A stretch of 60,332 nt of DNA, the filler included, from Asterionella formosa (taxonomy: Eukaryota): NCBI GenBank assembly GCA_002256025.1. It is 9 parts of 9 records of this genome, joined end to end, with 100 filler letters (N's around TTAATTAATTAA, not from the genome) between each part and the next. Parts side by side here need not be neighbours in the genome. Positions count along the whole stretch, not along the records: positions 33,599 to 40,215 come from NKIB01012658.1; positions 40,316 to 46,923 come from NKIB01012659.1; positions 47,024 to 53,629 come from NKIB01012660.1; 6 more parts are not named here. One strand, 5' to 3'. The translations under genes were made by a program, and so were the position numbers. Position 1 is the first letter of the stretch. Each line of letters begins with the position of its first letter. Below are positions 39,588 to 52,541 of this stretch, piece by piece. The notes under the pieces were generated by a model. The model saw only the letters and a list, made by a program, of their open reading frames with translations. It did no database searches and was not told the origin of the DNA.

Positions 39588-40215
39588 AGGCAAGTAGCCG
39601 CCGAGAAGGGTATTGTTGAGGCAATTCCCGCTCTAGCTATCGTCGCGTCATTCGCTTACCTACTGCCCACAAATTTACCATAAATGTCAATTTTAGCCTA
39701 CTATTGCCCATCATATAAAATATATTTTGTAGATTTCCTATGTTCACCTCGAAAATTGCCAAAGGTCCGATATTGCCCATCATTAAAATATATTCTTTAT
39801 ATTTCATATGTTCGCATGTTGGCAAGACAACAGACACCAATTGCCCCTCGGTTTTCCAGCCCAGGGATTGCCGAAATCGGCAAGGGGTCTACTTAAGGAA
39901 ACCATTTTATATACTATACAGATTCTAATAATTTATATCTAGAATTCACCTCGTTTTTGTTCGTCTCCTGAAAAGTGGACTCCGGCAATTCACCTTTCAC
40001 CATGCCAATCGTCGTCCATCATGACCGGTTTGAAGCGAAATCAGTTCCGCGATCCGCAATGACGCCAGTAGCGATTCTTTGCCTAACGGATGCGGTTGAT
40101 TGTTGGATTGCTTGTCTTCTCGAGGTATTCATGTAGTCGCATCGTCCATATTTCGTCGGACGCACGATGATATCGATACATCTGATGTTGGAGGCAAGTT
40201 TTTGCTCCGGTCATG
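39582..40215 (+). mobile_element. Family H element copy B; hairpin core deleted, truncated by the contig end
   Basis: TGCTGAAGGCAA is joined directly to GTAGCCGCCGAG (155-nt deletion between two AGGCAA repeats). The remainder is near-identical to 53121-53629. Confidence 0.88.
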
Positions 40216-40315
40216 NNNNNNNNNNNNNNNNNNNNNNNNNNNNNNNNNNNNNNNNNNNNTTAATTAATTAANNNNNNNNNNNNNNNNNNNNNNNNNNNNN
40301 NNNNNNNNNNNNNNN

Positions 40316-41103
40316 GCTGTTTCCTTACTCATGACTCTCCTTTCGTCATTGTTAGTGCCATGAAGAAGTTTAGAAATATCATCGACATTTAGAGCCGAGA
40401 GGGAATGTAGTCTCCCAATTGGAGATTCTTGGCGAGTCTCTATCTCGCAACTAGTAATCTTCTCTTCACAGCAGGGATTCATGATTGATTCTGAGTATTT
40501 ATGCCTTTCCTTCATGCCTTGAATGTCGTCGTTGCTTTCAAAATTAGTATTCTCTTTCTTATAATCCTCGCCGAGCAAGTCCAAGAGAGTAGTCGTGAAT
40601 TCGTGGCAGTCTTGTTGACGATAACCGACAAAAAGATGAGACCGAATGTCGAGAAACGTCTTGAACGCTTCCGGACGAACTGTTGCCTGTGATTGGAGCT
40701 GCTCCATCAGAGTCAGGTATTCTTGCCTTAACCCGAGCTTTTCTTCTTTTAGTTCTTCTAGTGCCATTTCGCGCAAATATGCATTAAACTTGTCTAGACT
40801 GGCCAACATTTGTAGACCTGAGTTCATATAGCAAGTGTTTCCCAGATTCCTCAGACCACCATAGCACAGAGAAACAGCGATACCCTCGCGAGTCAGTGTC
40901 GCGTCGTGTTCAACATCCTCCATTTCGACATCATTATCATCAGATAAGGACGGGACTGAAACTGACAAGTCGTCGATTGACGGCGAGACCAGAGCGGCAT
41001 CAGCATGCCCTAAATTTGAAATTGCATTTACAAAGTCGTCATCGTCATCGCAATAGCAATTTAATTCCATCATGTTCAGAGGAGAAAGGATAGCAGTAGA
41101 CAT
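40316..41103 (-). CDS. Ubiquitin-specific protease (peptidase C19), 3' partial
   Basis: Cys box GGLRNLGNTCYMNSGLQML and QQDCHEF motif; open to the contig end. Confidence 0.92.
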
Positions 41104-42025
41104 CTTGGATAGCTATTTAGCAATAAATGAGATTACGTTTTGGTGAGGTGAGGTTAGTAGGAGCAACGTGGTGCAATCCTTAGGTCGTTGCTCGTTGGAA
41201 ATTATAACACGAAATTAATCCAGTCTCTTTATCGGCGAATTGTATGTCTACCGCTGAACTGGGTTTACTGTACCTGGTACCAGGTACCAGTTTACCTAAT
41301 TGTGTGTAAATGTAGTTTTGGTCTTGTATGATGAACCAAATGTGAATTTTGTGGACAGGATAGGGCCACGGTGGTCTTTGCATGTCGTAAATGCCCCTAA
41401 TCCGATCCCTCGGTATGACCGTTGGTGTTATGCTGTCTTTTCGGTACCAGGGGCACCTGGCAGCCTGGTACTTCCGACTAGGTACACCCTGCACTGGTGC
41501 GTATGTAGGGAACCTGTACCAGGTAACTTGTACCGGAGCACCGGTAGCCAGTGCACCACGTCGTACTTGGGACCGTCTAGTATCGAGCTACGTACGAGGT
41601 ACCCTGGTACCAGGGTACCAGTGGACGTATCCCATACACACTAAATGCCGGTAGTTAACTGGTATCTGGTACCAGTACCTGGTAAGTACCAGGTACCGGT
41701 AATGATTTTGTTGATGAATCATTTTTTACCACGAGGACAAGCAAAGATTCGTCTTCTTTTCAGATCGATTTGCTTCCTCAGCCATCCTCGAAATGATTCC
41801 TACAGTATGTAGCAGCAATACTGGTACCAGGTGTGCTCTGCCTCGAACGAGGAACAAGACCGGTACCTGGTACCTGGTACCACCGGGACATGAATGGTAC
41901 ATGGTACCAGGGTACCGGTGTACGTTCGAGCGACAATTGTAGAGCTAATATTTTTATGGAATGATATTGGCAGAGTTTAAAAACTTACTTTCACAACTAA
42001 GCGGTGACGCATCTGTTGTGTCCTT

Positions 42026-42097
42026 GCGACTGTGGCGCAATGGCAGCGCGTTGCACTCCTAATGCAGAAGTTGCGGGTTCGACTCCCGCCTGTCGTT
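42026..42097 (+). tRNA. tRNA-Arg(CCT)
   Basis: Cloverleaf: acceptor GCGACTG/CTGTCGT (one G-U, one U-U), D stem GCGC/GCGC, anticodon stem TTGCA/TGCAG with loop CT-CCT-AA, T stem GCGGG-TTCGACT-CCCGC. T-run terminator just downstream. Confidence 0.9.
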
Positions 42098-44775
42098 TAA
42101 ATTTTTTAATGTAAATAGGTGTTCTACTGCAGATGATGAGAAAGACAAGTATTGAAATGCTTGATTAGTTTTTTTCATCATGATTGCTATTTGTAACTTG
42201 TTTTGAGATAAGTTCTTATCACCAAAATGTTTGCCAGTTCCTTTTGTTCCCTTGTTCTTTATGATGATATCAAAGTAGGATTAGAATAAATGTAGATGGT
42301 TTAAAATCAAAGATTGAAACAATATCATTAAAAGATTTACTGGTATAATCCTTTCATTTTTGGCGCGCCAACAATAAAAGTCAGTTGTGTTATTCATGAA
42401 GAATTATAAATAGATCATTCATTTACGCTTCTTCCTTCGAAGATGTAATCCAAGTATTTAACCATATAGTACAAGTAATAAAGTGTTAGATCATGATCAA
42501 ATACCTACCGGAATTGATCATTCATTCAAATATCTTCAATAGCGGTGACGTACTGCCTGTATTCTCTGTATCATGAAAGTACCGGTATACTTTGAAGGTA
42601 TGTAAAATAGGTACCAAAAATACTTGTCTTACTCCGTACCAGGGATATGATTAGCTACCGGAAGTACGTTCGAGGTTCTTCCAAGAAGTCTTGAAAAGTT
42701 TATCATATCATTCATACTTAAAAAAAAGGGTATAGACATAAAGAAATGTAAATAAAACTTAATTTTGTTTTCGACATTGATAATATTTCTCTTCCCTACA
42801 TGCAGAAGTGAGAAGGAGGATTGATACTCTCCTGTCACCTATCAATCAACCATGAAGCAAAGCAGAGGTACCGGTAATTTATGTGCTCATTTGCTGCTCA
42901 TATGTCTATTGTAGCGCAAATTTTTATGATTGTTTTGCTTCTCATATGTTTATCAAAAGAAACCTGGCTTGTTAATGATTCTTTCGTTTCATGTTTGTGT
43001 ATAAAAAAGTGCTTCTGTACAGAAGTCACGACGTCGTCTTGGTGCACATGCGTGTAAAGAAACGCTATGTGATTGTTTCGTTGCACATCTGTGGAGATGG
43101 TTTACACATTTCAAAACTTTCGATAAAATTGTTCTTATCTCCTACAGGAAAATTATACAAGAAGGTTAGAGAATTTGAGTTTCCTCCCATTCTTAATGGT
43201 GGAATTTTGAATGTAACATCAATAATTTCGCTGACTCTTTCATTTCATCTTGAAGAAAAACATGTCAAAGTAAATGATACATGTCAAAGCAAAATATGTT
43301 AGGTTGAAAGCTGGAATAGCATTTGATAAAAGCACTCCAAACATTAGTGCAAAAGATCAATTGTCTTGATTGAACGATTTCTATCTTTAGATTGTAGATT
43401 GACTAATTGATGCAATATAAGAAACTGTTTGACATGATGACAATATGTATAAAATCATGCATGTATATATGTTTATGATCTGACACGCACGCAAAAAGTT
43501 ATTGATCAATATCTTTTTATGTATGATCAATAAAAAACCGTCATACTGCGATAATTTTGGGTCGATAATAGAGTGAAATGTTAGGCCTACCACTTTTTTC
43601 ATTCACAGACGTTGCTATTATTTATATGATTATCTATTCCAATGATCTCCTCATCCTTAACAGAATCTTCAATATTGACCATTTCATCAAGAAACGTAAA
43701 TACCGTAACTCAATGACCTCGTATATTCATTCTTCTTTCTTTCGCTCCTTAGAGTCTTTGAGCAGTTCAACAGCTACTGCAATAGTATGATCAACATACT
43801 GCACTGCCTCAATTTTCTTGTTCGCAATTCTCCTTGAAATATATCCAACTCTGCATTTTTGACGTTCTGGATGGAGTTCCTCACAGTCCATCGTTTCCCG
43901 GATTGCATCCTCGAGTTATTGTAGGACTTCATCCAGCACTGTACACCAATGCAAGAAGACCATTGATTCAACTTTCCCAGTTGATTTTCAAAAATGATGA
44001 TGGGCACAGCTGCGCACATTATTCTTTGCCATCAGCCAATGACCTGGCCATCAGGAATGGGCGCGTCGTCAATTCAACATGCATTTTGACAATAACTGTA
44101 ATGATGATGGTGATGGATAAAATTATATAAGAAAAATCAAGGCATTAGCATCGCTTGATATATACATGTACCAATGTTTATATGTATGGTAATTGGTTTC
44201 GATACATTTATTTAAATGCTACATGTTTAATTACAAAAACGGAGTTTATGTTCATGTCTATGTAACTAATAATAACGCATTTTTTCCGAGTAAGGTGACC
44301 TTCACGTAGAAAATTGGTATGTAGTCTACATAATCCGTGCTAAAATAAGCTGCTTGGCAATGAGGGTTCCGATAATCGAGGATGCAACTATTATCGGACA
44401 GAGGGAGTACCATGTAGCAGTCAACAAAGCAAGGAGAGGGTGGACGAGTCGCGCTTTATTTGTCCCAGGGACTGGATCAGCGGTCCCAGATGCTTGCTGC
44501 AGATGCTCCTTCTGAGAACTGATACCGGTACTTGTGGTTTCGTTTCTTTTGCTCTTCTCTGTTTTCAGATATTTCACCTTTCTTAAGGATTCGCACAAGT
44601 AACTGGGCCAATCACGTCGTTTCCCACAAGGGTTGGCACTGCAGGTTTCTTCAGATCTTTGCCATTCCCTTCTGACATTTCTTGGCCTTGCTTGCGCTTG
44701 ATGTAACAAATATTTACTGTTCTCCGAAGTAGCAGGCACCACGTACCTGGTACCTGCTACCACCATTCGAGAGTA

Positions 44776-46027
44776 CCACCTAAAAACTGAGAGTCATCCT
44801 TTAAAACAGGGTAATCACACGTTTTGGGACGAATATTAGAGATACGTTGATTCTGTTTCAGACAAACTTGTTTCTTGGCATGCATGGAGGGGCAATATCC
44901 ATAAATGTAAGGTGAGCTTTCGTGGCCGTTCTTGCGATAAATAGGTCGAAAGGTAGCTGTCGCCAAAATTTGGGTCAAATCAGATTTCCCTACTGAGCCG
45001 GCAATGCATTTTTGAAACTTAGAGCACATTTCAGCTAATTTAATTTTTTAGTGATGCTTTGTTATTTATTTATTGTCTTTTGTTTATATACTTATTGGCT
45101 TCGATTGATCATCAATGTCACATGGAGTGATGTTGCTCCGCCCTGTTCACCATGTATAAATACGATCAGTTTAGTGTACTATTTTAAATCACGGTGGCTT
45201 GTGATGATGAACAAACAGCACTCGGTCGTGCCTATGAGCGCACGAAGAATCTACGAAGAAAATGAATATGTACCCACTGATGGCAGAAGCTTAACGGTGT
45301 ATTATTGCTATGCAACTGAAAAAATCATATACTTTGCCGGCATTATCATGACAACCATTGAAACAAATGAAAATTGTTGATTTTCTAACAGGAAGCATTG
45401 TTATTATTAGTCCTTTGAGTAGAATAGATTATTTCGCAAGTATATTATGAAACGAATTTCATTGTAGCTTGTATATTCGTCAAGTCGAATATGTGAATTC
45501 GGAAAACTCACGCACTAATGATGATTTCTCGATCCCTCTTTGTCACATCAAGATGCGATGCTTTCAAACAGATGCGCCGCTCTATGATATACTATAATTT
45601 ACACGAGATCAAATTCAAAAACAATTATTGATTTATAATTCAATATTTAACTGCTTAAAATTGTCTCTCGTGGCTTTGTCAATCAGCAACACCGTCATGA
45701 CGTTTACACAGCTTCATAGCCAGCAAGTATTGTATGACCTACATAATTTATGTATGAAGATTTTCAAACAACAAGTGATGATTTAAAAACCAATATATTA
45801 ATAGTCGTCCTTATTTGGCAAAACAATGACATGAGAAACTTTTTTATATCAAGAAATATTGACTTCACCCTACCGGTAGTTATAATTATATAATTAGATC
45901 TAGTGGTACCTGAGAGAACGAGCTGCAATAACCTTCGTACTTGCTTCAACATTACCATCCAATCGGACTGAAATAATTTGAGTCGTAACATGGGATTAAA
46001 TAAGGATGACTCTCAGTTTTTAGGTGG
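44776..46027. mobile_element. Non-autonomous TIR element (Tc1/mariner-type MITE), 1252 bp
   Basis: Perfect 26-bp TIR CCACCTAAAAACTGAGAGTCATCCTT at 44776-44801 and 46002-46027, TA duplication in a GTAC context. A solo matching end CAGTTTTTAGGTGG-TAC lies at 26311. Confidence 0.9.
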
Positions 46028-46811
46028 TACCTGCTACTCGGAGTATCAGGTACCGGTACCACTTAATAACTGTAAGCCACCGCTATGGCTTTCTGCAACA
46101 ATTGTTGCCTTTGGAAAAATTATATCCTCATGGCTTGATACACTGAATCAAAACTGATTACCTGGTACTTAATGGTATAGCAGAGAGCATCGTCTAGCAT
46201 ACACTTGCACATGCATCAAGTTTTAACATAAATATTTTGAGTCTGAAGATGGAGTATTACAGTTTTAAGTGGTACCTGGTACATACTATATAGTAGGAGT
46301 ACCAGGTTACCTCTTCGAGAAAATGAGGCGACCGTATACTATCTTAGTATCAGGTACCGTTAGTACCCCTTGCATTGTATGTACCAGTGCACCAGTGTAC
46401 CAGTATGCCGGGACCAGGGACCAGGGACTAGTACCTGATACCTACCACGTAGCATACTAGCCATACAGGAACTGGTGTTCCTGGTCCCAGGTGCAGCGAA
46501 TTCTTCAGAAGGGGATACCAGGTACCTGGTACCTGGTACCCGGTACTACCAGGTACCAGGATAACCCCTGTAGCAAGTAGCTGGAGGCACCCTATTAATG
46601 TTTTTCTGGTGGTACCAGGTACCAGGCACCAGCGGGCAGTAGAGCACTGATGTGTTTTAGCACCAGGTACCAGGTGCCGGTATGTATTTATTACCTGCAT
46701 TGAATTGTAAAGTGCATGCACGCATGACTGCTACATGTACAATATAAAGAGAATTACCGAAAATGCATCTTACGATCACATCTGCAAACAAAACAACGTG
46801 CGTTATCCATC

Positions 46812-46923
46812 ATGAAGCTATCTACGGTTGCCGTTGCCCTTGCTCTTGCCGTCTCCGCCAGGGCCGCTGATGTCCCCAGCTTGACCCCTGAAAACTACGA
46901 TGAGCTTACTGCTGGGAAGGTAC
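46812..46923 (+). CDS. 5' fragment of a PDI/thioredoxin-like secretory protein
   Basis: MKLSTVAVALALAVSARAA-DVPSLTPENYDELTAGK: signal peptide plus the LTxxNFD-type start of a thioredoxin fold; cut by the contig end. Confidence 0.7.
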
Positions 46924-47023
46924 NNNNNNNNNNNNNNNNNNNNNNNNNNNNNNNNNNNNNNNNNNNNTTAATTAATTAANNNNNNNNNNNNNNNNNNNNN
47001 NNNNNNNNNNNNNNNNNNNNNNN

Positions 47024-47700
47024 TTATGTATTGCGTAAACTTTCTTTTCTTGTCATGTGCTTTACTACAATGTATCTTTTCATGAAGCAGCAGGCATTGT
47101 TTGTTAACATGACAGAACGATTTCAAAAATATATATGCCATGAATATAGTTATAAAATTTGTAAATATATATATATATGTATTTTAAAATTTGTAAATAT
47201 ATATATATATATATTAAGTGTCATACATTTATAAAATTCAAAGGCGCTCTCGATATGGAACATCTGATATGGTTGAGATGATCATACTTGCATATACATA
47301 ATTCGAAAATACTCAATGCACTATATGTCCATTGTTTTCCACGACTACGTGTACCGGAACTGCTTCTGAAATTCGTTTGCATCGATATTTTCTACGTCCG
47401 TTGAAACAAATTATTTAGACCATTCAATTGGTGTAAGTCATAACCGCAAGGGTTTTGGTAGCAAATTGTTAAAGCCCCTTTTTGGGCGGGAGCTCTTCAT
47501 GTGTACCGATACCACATCATATGACAATAACAATATATCATATATATACACAGAGTACCAGTAGCAGGTAGTAAGTGATATACTGGGGGTAGTCGGAGTA
47601 GTAAACTAGCAACAGAACACATGTGTTCAGGACTGTTGCTACTGCAGTGGGACAGTAAATCATCATAGTTTTAGGATCATATGATTGTAAAACTAAAAAC
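47024..47700. repeat. Dispersed repeat R1, copy 3 (3' part)
   Basis: Homologous to ~8160-8830. Confidence 0.9.
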
Positions 47701-47710
47701 CAATAGTCGG

Positions 47711-49388
47711 AGGTCTGACATGAAACTTGATGTGCCGTGTTGACAGCACAGACAGTGTCTGCATTAAACACTTGATATGGAGTGTTGACTCTGTGGTATT
47801 CGCTTCTCTCATATGAAGAATGATCAGGATGGATCAAAAAACTACAAGCCCAGACATGTGTATACAAATCCTGAGGATTTTGCTGTGTGTCCAATCACTG
47901 TTTTGTTTGAGTACATGTGTGTCAACCCAGATATTATCCAAAACCTTGATGGGCCACTCTTTCCAGGTGCAAATCAAGAGGATCGCTTTAGAAAGATTCT
48001 CAAGCAACTTTTCAAGAAGCATGAGGGGAATTTAGATGAGTATGATATTGATGAACTAGGCACCCACAGCATACGCAAAGGTGCAACAACTTATGCTTCC
48101 AGTAGATCAACAGCAAGCCCATCAAGTGTTGCAATTAACAACCATGGGGGTTGGACTCTAGGCAGTGTCAGAGATGTCTATATGCTGTATGATAAAGAAA
48201 GTGACCATTATGTTGGTCGCATTTTAGCTGGGTTACCATTACTCTCAGCTCGCTTTGCTGTTTCTGAGCCAAATTTTTGGGTGAAATGTCCATGTAATGA
48301 TAGTGCCATACAAGACCAGTTAATTCTTGATGGAAAGGTTCTTGCTGGCTTGCGGGCCTTATTTGGTGATGTGCTTTGCCGACAAGTAGTTTTCATTCCA
48401 TTTCTACGAGTGGGTCTTGCTTGTGTGTTGCATCACATGGAGAATCTACAAATACTGAGAAAGTATAAAACATCATTGATGCATTTAACAGGAGTGTCTA
48501 CATCAAATGAAATTGCAGCACTTTCAGATCATGTTTGTTGTTCGATATCCATTTGAAGAAAAGGATTTTTTCGCAATTAAATTGACTGGCATTCCTCCAC
48601 ATGTTGCCCACCTTGCTGCCATAGAGCAAATGAGAGGTGACTTTCTCCAACTTGGTCCATCATTGCTTAGTGATTTTGAGAAAATGCTCAATGATCGAAC
48701 TTATGCTGGTGTCATTTCAGAAAATCGAATGGAGGCCATCATGGAAAAAATTATTGGGCAAAAGCTCCATGGGTTGACTAAACGACTAGACCAAGCAGCA
48801 ACAAGGAATTATGCTGCATCAAACAACCCAACAACTCCAAACAACCAGAAATCATCCTCCCATCTGTTTTTGCATCCTCATGATGGATTGTTCTGGAGAG
48901 TTCCAGTTGGATGGCAGTTCCCGCTTTGTACTGTAGCTGTTGCTTACTGTTTATGGCATATGGGAGATGACAGGAATAAAATTGGTCCATTAAAGTTTTT
49001 AGACAATCATGATGTCAGTTTTGAGACTGTCACAAGGGTGAATGCTGATGGTGCCAATGGTGAGGAGCAAGTTGTTGTCTGGAAAGGATGCAAAAGGGGG
49101 ATCAAGTATTTAGATGAATTCAGGAAGATAATGAAAAGATTGGATGGCAGAGCAAAAAATCGAAGACTCCTGAAACCTCCAATTACAAGAGAAAATGTCC
49201 TTGTTGCTCTTGAGCAATGCAAGGACTGTCTTGGCATTTCACCTATGACTGCTCAAGGGAGGAAGAGACGTATTGCAAGTCTGAAGTGGAACACTGCTTT
49301 TAGACAAATGCCTACAGAGAGAAATGTTGTAAGAAGTTGTGGCACTAATGCTGGAAATTGTATTCCATGCATTGGTGATCCATGGTGA
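47711..49388 (+). pseudogene. Crypton (CryptonS-like) tyrosine recombinase, 5' truncated and frameshifted
   Basis: Catalytic set *NLMCR (probable WNLMCR), HMKNDQ, GTHSIRKGA, GGW and DVY, then DHYVGRILAGLP. The C-terminal ORF has RVPVGWQFP...LWHMGD...PL. Frameshifts near 47790 and 48540. Confidence 0.85.
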
Positions 49389-50030
49389 TCCAATGTTTAT
49401 TGCCATTTGAAAGATGGTGAAGCATCAGCAAACTTGCAAGAAGTCTAAATGTTCATTCACTTTCTATCTATTTAATTAAATAATAACCATATACTAGTAC
49501 ATTTGCATATGCTTCATCACTAGATTGGTGCTCTACCCTGCTTTATATCATACAGCCAAATACTAACTAAGAGTAATGCTCTGGCTATCTATGACCATAT
49601 CACCATTGCTTTGTACATTACCATTAATACAGTATCAGTGTGGTTGTTTTTATACTGCTAGCTATACTACTATATCTTAAGATTTGATTGACAATTTATC
49701 AGTATAAAGTACAACTGGTAGTATATTTAGTGCAATACCTCTTCGACTATTGATGGCACCAGGCACCAGGTCCAGGTACCAGTAGCGCTAAATCCTGTTG
49801 TATATGGACATAAAATTTCGTGTACAGGTACACCGTGTATGTTTGATGTACGTACGTAGTTATTATGTCGTACAGTATTCGAAATGATCAACCATAGAGG
49901 ACTACTTAGACTAACATAAACCCGGCATTTCAAATCTGTGTTGAAAATCATCCACATTTTTCCGTCCAGTTGAGGCAGATATATACCGGTAAATACCGGC
50001 ATGCAATACTGATGAAACAACATTCGATGT

Positions 50031-50172
50031 ATGTAATGATGGGTCATTCAAGATGAAGAATGTTTTTTCTCCGATGAATCATATGTAATAATGGGTCATT
50101 CAAGATGAAGAATGTTTTTTCTCCGATGAATCATATGTAATAATGGGTCATTCAAGATGAAGAATGTTTTTC
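50031..50172. repeat. 52-bp tandem repeat x2.7
   Basis: atgtaat(g/a)atgggtcattcaagatgaagaatgttttttctccgatgaatcat is repeated head-to-tail. Confidence 0.95.
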
Positions 50173-50835
50173 ATCACAGGAGCAAGTTACGTTCTTATTG
50201 CTTAAACGGACAACGTGATGAATGCCAACTGCCGAATTTCATCATAACAAATAAACGACGTCTTCAATTCACATTTGAGGCATTGTGATGACGACGCCTT
50301 CGAAACCACAAACCGCAAATGTCCTATGCACTGGTAATCGCCGCGTTCAATATGAAACCTGACCCAAACACACGAAGCGAAACCGCAAGGCAGGAACCGT
50401 TACCAGTTTATGTCAGTTTTCAGAAAGTGAAAATGTTGCGTACGTTTGGCGATTGGCTGATGAGGGGTAATTTTCTTTTCTTAGCTTCTTTATAATATTT
50501 ACCGGTACCGGTAGCCATGTTTGATATTGCCCTGGCATCCGAATCCAATCAGAAACGACAACAAGTCCTCGATGGCTCGATGTGTACCTGTATATCAGTG
50601 GTGTATTCTCTGTCAGCATATTTTTCCGTTGTCACGTGATTCTTTATTTTCGTCCACATTTCAATTTCAAATTTTTATTCAATTGTCCTTGACCAAATAT
50701 AATTGATATTCAGGAACAGCATAATTGCATTATAATTTCTAAACGTACTCAACAGTAAACTGTTTAGACCAATAGAATAGCATTGCAAATATCCTCGCAC
50801 ACAGACTCCCCTTCTACTCTTTACTACTAACAATA

Positions 50836-52003
50836 ATGACTACGATTGCCCCCGTGGTCCTTCCATTTCCTCCCGTGATTGCCGTATTTACGAGAGATGT
50901 TCTAAATAATAATGCAGCCATCGTTGACTTCAACATAATCTGGAAGGAAATGCTCAGGGCTTTGACTGATCGTGGTTTGGAAACGTTGAAGACAAAACCA
51001 AACAGTGTGCCTGACTTCCAGATACTAAAATGTTGGGCGACACGCACACATGCCAAACAAGAAGAAGTTGTTGCTACAGCCATGGTACAAAACATCAGAA
51101 ACAGAGGTGGGGATTTCTATCAATTTGATGTTGCAGCGAAATCATGGGGGATGCCTATTTCGAATGAGGCAGCAATTGCTTATTCCACGATTCCTCTCGC
51201 TGCTCAATATACGGCTGAACTTGAGGAAACGAATAAAGCGATTATCAATGAATGGGAGACTTACATAAAACCAGTCGGGATGTCGGCCTCGTGACCTTAA
51301 TCAGGTTTCATCAAACAACCGACTCACTACAATGGGCTTGTAATTTCTCCAAATTCCTCCTGATTCCCATTCTCGTCATTCAGTTCATTGTTCCAATTGT
51401 GGTGGCTATCAGTACTTGGAGAGATTATGGCTCAAGTTTTGATGGAAGACTTTTTCCAAAGAAACAAGGAGCTGCGGAAGAAGCTAGCCGTATAGACAAT
51501 GGATCGCTTGCTGGCGCCGTTGCTTGCATTTACTTCGTGAGCCTGCTTTTCTGGTTAATTCAGAAAGTTCATCAATCTGGACTCCACCTTACCGCTGGAA
51601 ACATTACTCAAACTGGTGGAATCATTATGTATACAAAATCTGTGACCGATTCATGCACTTTGTATATGAGCCTTTGGCGTACCTGGTCAATCTTTGGTAT
51701 GTTTTCCTCCAGCCAGACACTTATACCATTGTTTTTAGTGCGACAGCATTGCAATTCATATTGGATCTAGACGACTTGTTCAAAGCAATGTTCATCAACA
51801 TATTCCCACCAAATGTCGACAACTATATGGCTTTGAATAACGAGGAAAATTCAAGTGCACTACCCAAAAGGCAGGTGAAAAAAGGATTCCTTCCATATTT
51901 CCACTTTTGGGAACTTTTTTTCTTTTCCGTTAATCTTGTTTGTTGCGTTATTGCGGGTTTCGGAATATTTTACCTTCCCATATTCAAGCCATCAGTGATT
52001 TGA
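50836..52003 (+). pseudogene. Multi-pass membrane protein gene split by two -1 frameshifts (pseudogene or sequencing error)
   Basis: Three overlapping ORFs (50836, 51252, 51524) would join into one protein with several TM segments and ALQFILDLDD. No obvious intron at the shifts. Confidence 0.55.
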
Positions 52004-52442
52004 ACATGACTTGTTGTGTGAGCATGTGAATTTCTCTGTACGTCTACCATAAATATTAACAATATTGATTAATATAAATATATAATTTCACATTCAGAGG
52101 GTTCACTGCTGTTTTCGAAAGGATCCCACACCAACCCGCAGTACCTGTTGTAGAAAATCAAATAAATAAAATGTAATGAAAATGAATTCATTCTCAATCC
52201 ACAAACCACCACCAGCATGAAATAGCTTGGTGCTTTGATCAACTTTTGACGTGTTCATTTGCGATGCAGTAGCTTATTCAGAGTCACACGTTTAGTCTTC
52301 CTTATTTCCATCACATGTTGGACAAGTCCAATAATCCTGTGATGCTTGAATCCCTCTGACAAAATTTGCTTCCATTTCTTTACCATGCCTCTGGGACTTA
52401 GAAAACTCTCTCTTGGGATTTTGACAGAGATAAAGAAAATTT

Positions 52443-52541
52443 TTCCTTCCTTCCTTCCTTCCTTCCTTCCTTCCTTCCTTCCTTCCTTCCTTCCTTCCTG
52501 CACAGCTTGGACAACTTGGACAACTTGGACAACTTGGACAA
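52443..52541. repeat. (CCTT)n microsatellite followed by (CTTGGACAA)x4
   Basis: Read directly. Confidence 0.95.

Noticed and set aside
50031..50172. CRISPR-like array (also considered 17006-17160 and 54230-54412)
   Set aside because: Units are contiguous or only two in number, with no unique spacers and no cas genes, in a eukaryotic context.
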